Source of the DNA: Macrostomum lignano
Taxonomy: Eukaryota
Length of the DNA stretch: 64,000 nt
Direction: 5' to 3'
NCBI GenBank assembly: GCA_002269645.1
Contig: NIVC01002789.1
Location: forward strand, 62,001-126,000
The notes beneath the pieces were generated by a model. That model ran no database searches. It was not told where the DNA came from and saw only the letters and a program-made list of their open reading frames with translations. The translations under genes were made by a program, and so were the position numbers. How positions within the stretch are numbered: position 1 is the first letter of the stretch; every line of letters starts with the position of its first letter. Below, piece by piece: positions 1 through 14,134 of this stretch.

Positions 1-398
1 CCTGTGTCTCTAGTTTGGCCTTGTGTGTCTGTAGCTGAATTGCCTGTGTCTCTAGTTTGGCCTTCTGTGTCTGTAGCTGAATTGCCTGTGTCTCTAGTTT
101 GGCCTTGTGTGTCTGTAGCTGAATTGCCTGTGTCTCTAGTTTGGCCTTCTGTGTCTGTAGCTGAATTGCCTGTGTCTCTAGTTTGGCCTTCTGTGTCTGT
201 AGCTGAATTGCCTGTGTCTCTAGTTTGGCCTTGTGTGTCTGTAGCTGAATTGCCTGTGTCTCTAGTTTGGCCTTCTGTGTCTGTAGCTGAATTGCCTGTG
301 TCTCTAGTTTGGCCTTGTGTGTCTGTAGCTGAATTGCCTGTGTCTCTAGTTTGGCCATCTGTGTCTGTAGCTGAATTGCCTGTGTCTCTAGTTTGGCC
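1..398. repeat. 42-bp minisatellite (~9.5 copies) upstream of the first visible receptor exon
   Basis: Unit cctgtgtctctagtttggccttgtgtgtctgtagctgaattg repeats from base 1 and ends ~8 nt before the acceptor at 405-406. Confidence 0.95.
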
Positions 399-406
399 GT
401 CCGCAG

Positions 407-3400
407 TATTGTACAGTCGGTGTCCCTACCAAAGCCTGTGGCACTATCGCAGTCTCCCCCTCAACCCAGCAGAGCGATGCAGCTGATGATGCAGCGGATC
501 AGCACGGCGATGAGGCGGATTCCCTGCAGCAGCCGCAGCAGCAGTACAGCTCGCTGATTAATCCTGAGCAGTCGTCAATGGCTCTCCCTCATCATCACCA
601 GCAGATGCAGCTGCCCAGCATCCCCGCTGCTGCTGCTGGCTGCGGCGACAGCGGCCTCATCAAGTCGGAGGCGGCCTCCAACAGCTCGGACAGGGAGGAG
701 GCTGCGGGCGGCGCCGGAGACTTCTACGAACACTCGGGCTTCGGCGGCCCGTCTGACTACAGCGACCTGCTGCCTGGCAACACCAGCAGAGACAGTGAGT
801 TCCCTTACCCTGTCTGAGTCCCTTCAGTTGTCCTGTGTCTTGAGAGTTTTGTTTGTCCCCTTTAAAAAACAACTAATGCTTCCCGGATTCCCAAGATCAT
901 TATCCCCACTAGGAATCCCATAATTCTTCCCATAATCCCTGAGATCATTATCCCCACTAGGAATCCCATAATTCTTCCCATAATCCCTGAGATCATTATC
1001 CCCAATAGGAATCCCATAATTCTTCCCATAATCCCTGAGATCATTATCCCCACTAGGAATCCCATGATTCTTCCCATTATCCCCACTAGAAATACCAACA
1101 TTCTTCCCATAATTACCATTGTCACATTCAGCTGAATGCTAACCGCAACCAACTGTGCTTAACTTGGCTAGCAACCTATTTACTATATCTCGAATGTCCA
1201 GGCCTGTCTACCGTGGTTCGAACCCGGCGCCGCAAGGCCGGCCTGCCGGAGGACGAGCGAGTGTGCGCCGTGTGCGGCGACCCCGCCTCCGGCTACAACT
1301 TCGACCGGCTGACCTGCGAGAGCTGCAAGGCGTTCTTCCGTCGGAACGCGTTGAAAGCTCGCGAGAAGATCAAGCCCTGCTCCCGTGGCGGCGGCTGCGA
1401 CGTGAGCGGCTCGCAGAGGAAGCACTGCCCGACCTGCCGGCTGGAGAAGTGCGTTCGAGTCGGCATGAAGAAGGAGCTCATATTGCCGCCGGAGAAGCTG
1501 GAGCAGCGGGCCAAGCCGAAGAAGCGGGCCAAGAATGGCGGCCCCCCTTCCGATGGGCCTTCAGCCGCGCACCACGGACTCTCGCGTAAGTCTTTGTTGT
1601 ACTGCTGCATTTCCTGTGTGCCTGTGTGTTGCTAGTTTAAATAATAGTCTGCTGATGTTGAATGTCCCGGCAGTTAGTGCATTTATGTATTTTAAATTGA
1701 TATGTAGAACTGTTAAGGCACCTTTTACTTTCCTAAATAATGGCACAATTAGTTTCCTAAATAATGGCACTATTAGTTTCCTAAATAATGGCACAATTAG
1801 TTTCCTAAATAATGGTACAATTAGTTTCCTAAATAATTGCACTATTAGTTTCCTAAATAATGGCACAATTAGTTTCTTAAATAATGGTACAATTAGTTTC
1901 CTAAATAATGGCACAATTAGTTTCCTAAATAATGGCACAATTAGTTTCCTAAATAATGGTACAATTAGTTTCCTAAATAATTGCACTATTAGTTTCCTAA
2001 ATAATGGCACAATTAGTTTCTTAAATAATGGCACAATTAGTTTCCTAAATAATGGCACAATTAGTTTCCTAAATAATGGCACAATTAGTTTCCTAAATAA
2101 TGGCACAATTAGTTTCCTAAATAATGGCACAATTAGTTTCCTAAATAATGGCACAATTAGTTTCCTAAATAATGGCACAATTAGTTTCCTAAATAATGGC
2201 ACAATTAGTTTCCTAAATAATGGCACAATTAGTTTCCTAAATAATGGCACTATTAGTTTCCTAAATAATGGCACAATTAGTTTCCTAAATAATGGCACAA
2301 TTAGTTTCCTAAATAATGGCACAATTAGTTTCCTAAATAATGGCACAATTAGTTTCCTAAATAATGGCACAATTAGTTTCCTAAATAATGGCACAATTAG
2401 TTTCCTAAATAATGGCACAATTAGTTTCCTAAATAATGGCACAATTAGTTTCCTAAATAATGGCACTATTAGTTTCCTAAATAATGGCACAATTAGTTTC
2501 CTAAATAATGGCACAATTAGTTTCCTAAATAATGGCACAATTAGTTTCCTAAATAATGGCACAATTAGTTTCCTAAATAATGGCACAATTAGTTTCCTAA
2601 ATAATGGCACTATTAGTTTCCTAAATAATGGCACAATTAGTTTCCTAAATAACGGCACTATTAGTTTCCTAAATAATGGCACTATTAGTTTCCTAAATAA
2701 TGGCACAATTAGTTTCCTAAATAATGGCACTATTAGTTTCCTAAATAATGGCACTATTAGTTTCCTAAATAATGGCACTATTAGTTTCCTAAATAATGGC
2801 ACTATTAGTTTCCTAAATAATGGCACTATTAGTTTCCTGAATAATGGCACTATTAGTATCCTAATCATGTCACCCTTAGTTTCCTTAACTCGTGTGGAAT
2901 GGCCGAACTCGATTCGGTCGGCTCGGCGGCCACATTAATTTGGACACTGGGACGCGAATATTGGCCGTTTTGGCGTTCGTAAGGGCCAAACCTTTAACGG
3001 AGATAGTGTACATGCCTGGTGATTAGAATGTCAGGTCCTGTGTGAGCGCGCATGCGTCAGGGGCCAGCGGGCTTGACATGGCTGCCCACAGCCTCTGCAA
3101 ACCATCCCAAACTCCTCTCCGCCCCCAGCAGCGGCCCCCGCGGCGCCACCTCAGCCCAAGCGCTCAGCCAAGGCCGCCAGCAGCAGCCATCATCATCCCC
3201 AGCCTTCGTCCGGCCATCATCAGCTTCATCACCAACAGTCCCAGACTCCTCACGCTCCCCATCAGCATCATCAGCTCCAGCAGCAGCTCCAGCAGCATCA
3301 GCCTCATCAGCACTTCCAGCAGCCTCAGCTTCATCACGGATTAAACGGCCAATTGTCCAGCAGCGTAGATTTAGATCCGCCTCTGTTCGGCTCCCAGCAT

Positions 3401-5160
3401 CAGCAGCTTCATCAGCTCAGCCGTCAGCGCTGCCCGTCTCCGTCGAGATCGTCGCCGAGCCTGCTGGACGCTCAGCAGCCGCCGGAGTCGGAGCTGGCGC
3501 TCGTCTGGTCGGCCGGCACCGCGGCGGGCCGTCGGTGGCCGCGCGAACTCACCGCCACCGACCGCGAATGCCTGGCCAGCCTCGCCGAGGCCCTCGCCCG
3601 CGCCCGGGAGACCCTCGGCTCCTCGTCGGCGTCGGCGGACTCCGCCAGCGGCGCCTCGGCCGGTCATCGCAAAGACGGCGTCGGCCGGCTGGAGCAGGCC
3701 TTCAACCAGATGGACGCCTGCATCCGGCGCATCATCTCCGTGGTCAAGCTCATCCCCATCTTCTCCGATGTGGAGAAGGACTCTCAGATACTCATGCTCA
3801 AGGTGCTTTGTTATGCCTGTGTTTTCCCATTACTGAAACCTCATTTAGGATCTCTGACACTCACAAATCCTCATTTAGGATCTCTGACACCCACAAGTCC
3901 TCATTTGGATCTCTGACATCCACAAGTCCTCATTTGGGATCTCTGACATCCACAAAGCATCATTTGGGATCCTCTGACACTCAAAAATCCTCATTTGGGA
4001 TCTCTGACACTCACAAATCCTCATTTGGGATCTCTGACATCCACAAGTCCTCATTTGGGATCTTTGACATCCACAAATCATCATTTGGGATCCTCTGACA
4101 TCCAAAAATCATCATTTGGGATCCTCTGACATTCACAAATCCTCAATTGGTATCCCTACCACCCGTAGATCCTCATTTGGGATCTCTGACATCCACAAAT
4201 CATCATTAGGTATCCTCTGACACTCAAAAATCCTCATTTGGGATCTCTGACATCCACAAGTCCTCATTTGGGATCTCTGACATCCACAAATCATCATTTG
4301 GGATCCTCTGACACTCAAAAATCCTCATTTGGGATCTCTGACACTCACAAATCCTCATTTGGGATCCTCTGACATCCAAAAATCATCATTTGGGATCCTC
4401 TGACATTCACAAATCCTCAATTGGTATCCCTACCACTCGTAGATCCTCATTTGGGATCTCTGACATCCACAAATCATCATTAGGTATCCTCTGACACTCA
4501 AAAATCCTCATTTGGGATCTCTGACGCCCAGAAATCCCCATTCAAGATCCTTTGCCATCCTTAGTCCATCTAATGATCGCGGTCCCAGTTTGCAGACACC
4601 CCAGCCTTAACCCCCTCCCCAACTCCTACATGCAGGTGAACATCTACGGCCTCGTGATTCTCTACTCGTCATTCTTCAACAACTCCACAACGCCAGCCGG
4701 CGTCAGCTCCAGCGGCGGCGCCGGCCTCTCCCTGATGCAGGAGCTCGCAGCCTCCGTGTCGGCCATCATTGAGATGCGGCCGGACGTGAGCGACCTGACC
4801 CCGGCCGACCTGGACCAGTACCGGGCCAACACCGACAACGTGTACGCCCAGCTGGAGCGGCACAGTCGCCGAGACGACATCGTCAAGATGCTGATGCTGG
4901 CATTGAAGCTGTTCAACTCCGACACGATGCCAGCCGAGGTTCGCGGCGCCATCGACGAGGCGCAGTCGGTTTATTCGCAGCTGCTCAAGAAGTACCTGGC
5001 CTGCAAGTTCGGCGTGGCCGATGCCATGCGGATGTACCCCAAGCTGCTCATGACCTTCATTGACATGCGCACGGTGGAGAACAAGATGACCGAATTCACC
5101 AAGCTGCTGTCCGTGGAGTCGCTTAATCCGCTGGTGCGCGAGGTCACGCAGGTTAATTAG
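407..5160 (+). CDS. HR96: HR96/NR1J-like nuclear hormone receptor (DAF-12/HR96 group, related to VDR/PXR/CAR); predicted exons 407-794, 1202-1585, 3129-3802, 4636-5160; may be 5'-incomplete
   Basis: C4 zinc-finger DBD CAVCGDPASGYNFDRLTCESCKAFFRRN...CSRGGGC...RKHCPTCRLEKCVRVGM with the ESCKA P-box and GYNF motif typical of NR1J. LBD signature IRRIISVVKLIPIFSDVEKDSQILMLK and AF-2-like LNPLVREV. All introns are GT-AG with matching phases (1, 1, 0). The joined exons total 1971 nt = 657 codons with no internal stop. The exon 3 acceptor is a NAGNAG (start 3129 or 3132). Confidence 0.88.
895..1110. repeat. 48-bp minisatellite (~4.5 copies), receptor intron
   Basis: Unit gatcattatccccactaggaatcccataattcttcccataatccctga starts at 895, 943, 991 and 1039. 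Confidence 0.93.
1727..2858. repeat. 24-bp minisatellite (~47 copies), receptor intron
   Basis: Unit tttcctaaataatggcacaattag; source of the spurious FLNNGTIS and LIVPLFRK ORFs. Confidence 0.97.
3836..4545. repeat. ~29-31-bp minisatellite, receptor intron
   Basis: Unit approx. cctcatttgggatctctgacatccacaaat, with a larger ~300-bp duplicated block. Confidence 0.93.
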
Positions 5161-5340
5161 GGTCAACAATCGCTTAATCCTTTTCTCGGCTGTTCCGGTT
5201 CAAATGTTTTTGACAGAGAGTCTTCTTTAACTTAATCTTTTTGCCGTTTACGGCTTCTCTTGCGTCGTTTGAAGTCGTTTTAGTAGAAATAAAGGTCAGG
5301 TGCTCCGTAAATAACATAGTTAGGATCAATGTAGGTAGGT

Positions 5341-5697
5341 ACCTTTGGGTCATAGTTGATCACTTTGAGTCATAGTTGATCACTTGGGATCATGGTTAAT
5401 CTCTTTGGGTCATAGTTGATCACTTGGGGTCATAGTTGACCACTTTGGGTCATATTTAATCAACCTGGGTCATAATTGACCACCCTGGGTCATAGTTGAT
5501 CACTTTGAGTCATAGTTGATCACTTGAGGTCATAATTGATCACTTTGGGTCAAAGTTGATCACTTTGGGTCATAGTTGATCACTTTGGGTCATAGTTGAT
5601 CACTTTGGGTCATAGTTGATCACTTTAGGTCATAGTTGATCACTTTGGATCATAGTTGATCACTTTGGGTCATAGTTGATCACCTTGGATCATAGTT
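5341..5697. repeat. 20-bp minisatellite ~180 bp downstream of the receptor stop codon
   Basis: Unit catagttgatcactttgggt, ~18 copies. Confidence 0.93.
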
Positions 5698-7049
5698 AAA
5701 ACAGTTTATTGGTTGGGTTCATTCAAGGTCATACCCCGAATTTTGTCGTGCGACGCAGTTTGAAAGTCACAGTTGAGTAGTGCAGCCGCATTCTAGTCAC
5801 TGAAGTTATTGCTAATTTTTGCTGCATGCTCTAAAGTGCATTAATTTAATTTTGTGTGTTGTATTTTTGCTGTATTGACTTCTCAATGTGTACTTTTACT
5901 ACAGCTAGCAGCAGGCGCACTTTTTCTAGCGCACACCATGGCCGAACCTCCCGCTTGCCGCCAGGAACAAAATATTTCTGTAAATGTTTTCAAATTATTC
6001 ATTGTTAGTCCCTCCGTATTACTTAGAGTAGTGTGTAGTACTTGTGTATAATTTTTGTTGTTTTTATTGCTTTTGTCGGGCTGCAGATTTGCGATTCCTC
6101 TGTCTTTTCTGTCCGGCAGACCCTGTAGAAAGCTTTAAGTGTAGTATATTGAAAAATGAAATTGTCTGTGTGAAATAATTGCTTTAATATTCTTCATCTC
6201 CAGCTTCCACAGCCTCCCGCTGTCAGTCTGTCCTTTTATAATTCAACTCAGCTGCTGCTCCTGGCTTTCTTCTTTTTCTGTTTACATTTTTTCTTATTTC
6301 TAACTTTTCCGAGTGCAATGCGCGTAGCATACTACTGCAGATTACAATCCTCGTTTTTACATACATCACCTTTTCCTCTACACTCGCAACTGCCGCCTCG
6401 ATCAGTAGTCAGATGCGGTTATTGCTAGCTTATTTTATCAGCTCTCTGACTTATCTCGGCTATGTGTTTTTATTCAGTTCAACTGTAGCTACTACTGACG
6501 AGAGTAGGGCATTCGCGTGTTCAACCGCATGCGAACAACTGATGGACCATTGCTCTGCGTTTTTTTCATATAAAATTTTATTGCTTTTCGCTTTTTCTAG
6601 CTTCTGCTTCTTCTTTTAGTTTGCTGCGCGTGTCTCGCAGCGCTGAGTTCAATTTGGCAGCTACCATAACTATTGGTGTCTCTTGCTGTAGCCTCCTCTA
6701 CCCGCTTGTTTTTTAATTAATAATATTTCTGCATCTATATATTCACACGCCATACTACTGATATAGTAGTAGCATACGTCTGCATGCAATCGGCTTGATA
6801 ATCTTGTGCAATTTCACTTCCTAATTCTATTATCATATAAACATTTTTTTGAATTCGTTCTTGCGTTTACATATTTAACTAACTATATAGCAACTGTTGT
6901 GTTGTACAAAATTATTAATATAAATATGCGATTATAAAATATTCAATTATTGCATATGCACTGACCTGTTTCTAATGCGAAACTTTCAATGGCTTGTCTC
7001 TAACACTTTGGATTCGTCTTTTGAGCGCAGCTTTATTTTGTTTCTTAGG

Positions 7050-7893
7050 TGGGTGAGATCAGATTGTGTTTGAGAGTGAGATTAGAGATTGTGTTTGAGA
7101 GTGAGATTAGAGATTGTGTTTGAGAGTGAGATTAGAGATTGTGTTTGAGAGTGAGATTAGAGATTGTGTTTGAGAGTGAGATTAGAGATTGTGTTTGAGA
7201 GTGAGATTAGAGATTGTGTTTAGGGTGAGATTAGAGATTGTGTTTAGGGTGAGATTAGAGATTGTGTTTAGGGTGAGATTAGAGATTGTGTTGAGGGTGA
7301 GATTAAAGATTGTGTTGAGGGTGAGATTAGACATCGTGTTTGAGGGTGAGATCAGAGATTGTGTTGAGGGTGAGATTAAAGATTGTGTTGAGGGTGAGAT
7401 TAGACATCGTGTTTGAGGGTGAGATCAGAGATTGTGTTGAGGGTGAGATTAAAGATTGTGTTGAGGGTGAGATTAGACATCGTGTTTGAGGGTGAGATCA
7501 GAGATTGTGTTGAGGGTGAGATTAAAGATTGTGTTGAGGGTGAGATTAGACATCGTGTTTGAGGGTGAGATCAGAGATTGTGTTGAGGGTGAGATTAAAG
7601 ATTGTGTTGAGGGTGAGATTAGACATCGTGTTTGAGGGTGAGATCAGAGATTGTGTTGAGGGTGAGATTAAAGATTGTGTTGAGGGTGAGATTAGACATC
7701 GTGTTTGAGGGTGAGATCAGAGATTGTGTTGAGGGTGAGATTAGAGATTGTGTTGAGGGTGAGATTAGATTGTGTTGAGGGTGAGATTAGAGATTGTGTT
7801 GAGGGTGAGATTAGAGATTGTGTTGAGGGTGAGATCAGAGATTGTGTTGAGGGTGAGATTAGAGATTGTGTTGAGGGTGAGATCAGAGATTTG
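7050..7893. repeat. 24-25-bp minisatellite
   Basis: Unit gagattagagattgtgtt(t)gag(a/g)gt, with a three-unit higher-order cycle around 7290-7710. Confidence 0.93.
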
Positions 7894-8763
7894 ACACTGG
7901 TACATCAGATAAATGCCTCACACAGAAAGATGAGAGAGGACATGCATTGTAGAGATATGATGAAGCCGGTGCATTTGCTAATGCCATGCAGTCCAGAATA
8001 TCCAGTTTGGCTGCTGCAGCCTCGTGCAGCTGTCGCACTGACAGCAGCCGCTATATGGGAATCGGCTTCCATGTACAAACCGCCACCAACTGCCACAGAC
8101 GCGCTGCATGCGGTTACCTGACCTGTCATTCCAAGTTGGCGCGCTGTTCAACTTGAAAGATTACGTAATAAGCAACTGCGCCGTTGCACGCAACCTCAAC
8201 AATGCCCAAATGAGGGCTTGGCCTGATCTTACTGTCTGCCTGCCCCAGTTTAGTGGTTCCACCGTTCCGCTTGACTGGTAATTACTGCGCGGGCTCCTGG
8301 ATTGGCCAAATTGGGCAATTATTGTATTTCTTTAACTAACAATGCCTTCTTGTATAGTTCGTTTTAGACTGTAATTGCTTCAACTCCAGGGCAGCCTCTG
8401 CGGTTGCTACTCGGGTTTTATTGTGCACTGGCCCGTGAGGCAGTTCGCTTCCAACTCCATGCAGTTTCGAACGAATAAATTGCCAGCTGAGAAACAAATT
8501 TGAAGTTTTGTTAAACCAACTGGCTGATTACATCTTGGTTTGAATGTTTGGCTTGCGAGGAAAGCACCGCTGCGGCACTGACTGCCAAGTTGAAATTTGT
8601 GGAGCGAAAAATCACATTTCCGATAAATAACAATGATTTAGCTAACAATTAGAATGCAAAATTAAAATTAAAAAACCTGAAATTTCTGAAGATACAAAGA
8701 AACACCACCAAATCTATCAGCAAACAAGGCCAAAAAGCGTAATAAAATTTGACCTGATAGTTA

Positions 8764-9335
8764 GGCATGGCTGACACCCCAATCAAAGTATCGCTGACAT
8801 CTCCAATTTAAGCATCGCTGACACCCCAATCTAAGCATCGCTGACACCCCAATCTAAGCATTTCTGACGCCCCAATTTAAGCATGGCTGGCACCCCAATC
8901 AAAGCATCGCTGACACCCCAATCAAAGCATGGCTGGCACCCCAATTTAAGCATGGCTGGCACCCCAATCAAAGCATCGCTGACACCCCAATCAAAGCATG
9001 GCTGGCACCCCAATTTAAGCATGGCTGGCACCCCAATTAACACATGGCTGACATCTCCAATTAAAGCATGGCTGGCACCCCAATCAAAGCATGGCTGACA
9101 CCCCAATTAAAGCATCGCTGACACCCCCAATTAAAGCATCGCTGACACCTCAATTAAAGCATCGCTGACACCTCAATTAAAGCATCGCTGACACCCCAAT
9201 TAAAGCATCGCTGACACCTCAATTAAAGCATCGCTGACACCTCAATTAAAGCATCGCTGACACCTCAATTAAAGCATCGCTGACACCCCAATTAAAGCAT
9301 CGCTGACACCCCAATTGAAGCACCCCTGGCACCCC
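8764..9335. repeat. 23-24-bp minisatellite
   Basis: Unit gctgacaccccaattaaagcatc and variants. Confidence 0.92.
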
Positions 9336-10443
9336 AGCTACATGGCAGGCATGAATCATCAATTATAACCAGCGATGCAAGCACTTGCCTCTCAACTGAG
9401 TCTCCCATACCAGAATACTGACCCTAATGACAGAATTTTCTGTCCAGCGCAGCAGCTCAACGGCAGGGCGTGTCAGCTGCTTCACTACTGCTCCCTCTCA
9501 CCCGCCTGCTCGACATCTTAGGTGAGAATTTGCCGAGCGCCACTGCTGCTGCTCTTGTTAATTTCTTGCTAAAAGCGTAAAAACAGCCTCATGCTTTAAT
9601 TTTTTGTCTTACTCTCTTCTTTTTCTCCTCTTCTAGAAGAAGACAATTAAAAAATTCCAGATGCTAGAGAGCTACAAGCCACTAGTTGACAAGGCCTCAA
9701 CCTACCAGAGCCTCAACATTGTTTGCAATGGGCCACAGGCATGTTACACACTGTGCGGCACACAGCCTGGAGACTCGCTCCGCAGTGTCTCAGCTCGCAC
9801 GCTGAGCTCACAACATTAATAAAAAAGCCATAATACTAAGCTGAGTACTTGAGCGCAGAGACGCAGACCCTCGGTGTTGGGGGAGGCTGGGGTGGCACTC
9901 CGGCCGCCAGTTCATAATAATTCATGCATTTTCCTGTCCTACAGGGCTGGCTGTGTGCAGGCTCGCCGAAACTAAATGAGGGCTGCATGAGGTTATCTGT
10001 CTCTGTTTAGGGCACTGGGCGAGAGTTCGGGCGGTTGGCTAAAGAGCGCCTTTTGTGTGGCCATAAAATTTTCTCACGATTTGAGCAGAAAATTTGAGTT
10101 GCAAATCCGACTTGAATGCCTGGCAGGCTTGTCAAACGGCTGCGTAGGCCTCGGGGTGTTGCAGGTTGTCTGATGGGGCTTAGAAGCTGCAGCGCCAGTG
10201 TGGCCTGAAAAATGCCGCCTAAAGGGAGCCTCAAAACCAGTTTAACAGCAATCGGAGTTGCAGCTCATGCGGTGCAAATTCAAAATTAATTTCATTGCGA
10301 ACGGCCACTTTAAATTATCTGGCCAGCCTTGCCCAGTGCGTTTTGCAGAGAAGTGCAGGACTGCATCTCAGTACCCATGCTGAGAATTGGGGAGGCACTT
10401 TCGGCTACACTACAGCTAGTTCAGCTGCTGACCTACCGCCTCC

Positions 10444-12177
10444 ACTCCCAGATCTTCAGTTGCTGGGCCAGCCTCCCAGATCCTCAGTTGCTGAGCCAGC
10501 CTCCCAGATCTTCAGTTGCTGGGCCAGCCTCCCAGATCCTCAGTTGCTGGGCCAGCCTCCCAGATCCTCAGTTGCTGGGCCAGCCTCCCAGATCCCCTGT
10601 TGCTGGGCCAGCCTCCCAGATCCTCAGTTGCTGGGCCAGCCTCCCAGATCCTCAGTTGCTGGGCCAGCCTCCCAGATCTTCAGTTGCTGGGCCAGCCTCC
10701 CAGATCCTCAGTTGCTGGGCCAGCCTCCCAGATCCTCAGTTGCTGGGCCAGCCTCCCAGATCTTCAGTTGCTGGGCCAGCCTCCCAGATCCTCAGTTGCT
10801 GGGCCAGCCTCCCAGATCCTCAGTTGCTGGGCCAGCCTCCCAGATCCTCAGTTGCTGGGCCAGCCTCCCAGATCTTCAGTTGCTGGGCCAGCCTCCCAGA
10901 TCTTCAGTTGCTGGGCCAGCCTCCCAGATCCTCAGTTGCTGGGCCAGCCTCCCAGATCTTCAGTTGCTGGACCAGCCTCCCAGATCCTCAGTTGCTGGGC
11001 CAGCCTCCCAGATCCTCAGTTGCTGGGCCAGCCTCCCAGATCTTCAGTTGCTGGGCCAGCCTCCCAGATCCTCAGTTGCTGGGCCAGCCTCCCAGATCCT
11101 CAGTTGCTGGGCCAGCCTCCCAGATCCTCAGTTGCTGGGCCAGCCTCCCAGATCCTCAGTTGCTGGGCCAGCCTCCCAGATCCTCAGTTGCTGGGCCAGC
11201 CTCCCAGATCCCCTGTTGCTGGGCCAGCCTCCCAGATCCTCAGTTGCTGGGCCAGCCTCCCAGATCCTCAGTTGCTGGGCCAGCCTCCCAGATCTTCAGT
11301 TGCTGGGCCAGCCTCCCAGATCCTCAGTTGCTGGGCCAGCCTCCCAGATCCTCAGTTGCTGAGCCAGCCTCCCAGATCTTCAGTTGCTGGGCCAGCCTCC
11401 CAGATCTTCAGTTGCTGGGCCAGCCTCCCAGATCCTCAGTTGCTGGGCCAGCCTCCCAGATCCTCAGTTGCTGGGCCAGCCTCCCAGATCTTCAGTTGCT
11501 GGGCCAGCCTCCCAGATCCTCAGTTGCTGGGCCAGCCTCCCAGATCCTCAGTTGCTGGGCCAGCCTCCCAGATCTTCAGTTGCTGGGCCAGCCTCCCAGA
11601 TCCTCAGTTGCTGGGCCAGCCTCCCAGATCTTCAGCTGCTGAGCCAGCCTCCCAGATCTTCAGTTGCTGAGCCAGCCTCCCAGATCTTCAGTTTCTGAGC
11701 CAGCCTCCCAGATCTTCAGTTGCTGAGCCAGCCTCCCAGATCTTCAGTTGCTGGGCCAGCCTCCCAGATCTTCAGCTGCTGAGCCAGCCTCCCAGATCTT
11801 CAGTTGCTGAGCCAGCCTCCCAGATCCTCAGTTGCTGAGCCAGCCTCCCAGATCTTCAGTTGCTGGGCCAGCCTCCCAGATCTTCAGTTGCTGGGCCAGC
11901 CTCCCAGATCTTCAGCTGCTGAGCCAGCCTCCCAGATCTTCAGTTGCTGAGCCAGCCTCCCAGATCTTCAGTTGCTGAGCCAGCCTCCCAGATCTTCAGT
12001 TGCTGAGCCAGCCTCCCAGATCTTCAGTTGCTGAGCCAGCCTCCCAGATCTTCAGTTGCTGAGCCAGCCTCCCAGATCTTCAGTTGCTGAACCAGCCTCC
12101 CAGATCTTCAGTTGCTGGGCCAGCCTCCCAGATCTTCAGTTGCTGGGCCAGCCTCCCAGATCCTCAGTTGCTGGGCC
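10444..12177. repeat. 28-bp minisatellite (~62 copies)
   Basis: Unit ccagcctcccagatcctcagttgctggg; same family as 43395-43870, in the opposite orientation. Confidence 0.97.
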
Positions 12178-12803
12178 ACCGCAGCCCTCCCAGAACACAT
12201 GTACATGCATGTTGGCCCAGAAGTATCACAAGTTCAGCGCGACCGGCTGGCTCAGTTAGCCAGCTGATCAAGCGGGCAGCTCGAACTGATCCATCTGACC
12301 TCGGCAGGGGTCACACGCTCGGGTATGTAAGAGGCGAAACAGCCATCCGGAATTCTTGAAATAACTTCATAGTTTTTACTCTGCAAGTTTTGCTTTGCAA
12401 GAAACTGGCTGAATTAGCTGCTAAAGGTGTTCGGCATCGAATCCGTGTGTTGCTGCATGTCAGAACTGCTGCTTCTAGGAGGATAAAGCCTGGAGCCGCT
12501 CCCTGACCTTTTCTTCATTCGAATCACGCGCAGGGGAACCTTTCTCCTCCCTATACCGCCCACCCCAAACCCGATGAAATCCCAAATCCCACACTGGTCC
12601 GCTCCCGCTGCCGGACCCCCGCATAGACAGGCGCTCGCGGCTTCGCAATCGACTGACAAGAATCTGACACCGAGTCAGTTTTTAGCAAAATTTTCTGCAT
12701 CAAGTAACTTGGTGGCGCCCCGGTACAGCTGATCCTGGGGGTCAGTGAAACAGGACCCGATGCACCAATGCGGGGTCGCAGCGTGTCAGGGTGTCAAGCA
12801 AAA

Positions 12804-13772
<969 letters not shown>

Positions 13773-14134
13773 CTGCTGGAATCATTATATTGAACAAAGA
13801 CCGACACGTCACAGGACCTTCAATAGACATAGAGTTGTTTTCAGGCTTTCTTTAAAAACCGCTGCATGCAGATTTTTGAACATCATGGATCACCTGCTCT
13901 CTTCACCGTGACATGTCCAACACTCTTGAGTGGCACTTGAGCACCGATCAAATTCCCTGTCGGCCAGCACTGAGCCGGTAGGGGAAGTCTGTGCTCAACT
14001 GAGCCTCTCTGAAGCTGATCAATGGCTGCGCGGCACTCCAGGCTTCCTGCCTGATTCATTCGTGGAAAATTTCACAGTGAAAAGTTGAAAGACTAAAGCC
14101 TAAATGCTCTGAGGCACTTGTCAAGATCCCTATC

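Noticed and set aside
1535-2938. 467-aa and 435-aa ORFs (FLNNGTIS, LIVPLFRK)
   Set aside because: Translations of the 24-bp intronic minisatellite.
3035-3128. Earlier acceptors for receptor exon 3 (3034, 3091) and the 348-aa ORF 3052-4098
   Set aside because: They give a stop or the wrong frame for the ligand-binding domain; only 3128/3131 keeps phase.
10295-11698. Overlapping 350-440-aa ORFs on both strands
   Set aside because: Stop-free 28-bp repeat read in rotating frames; no non-repeat coding content.
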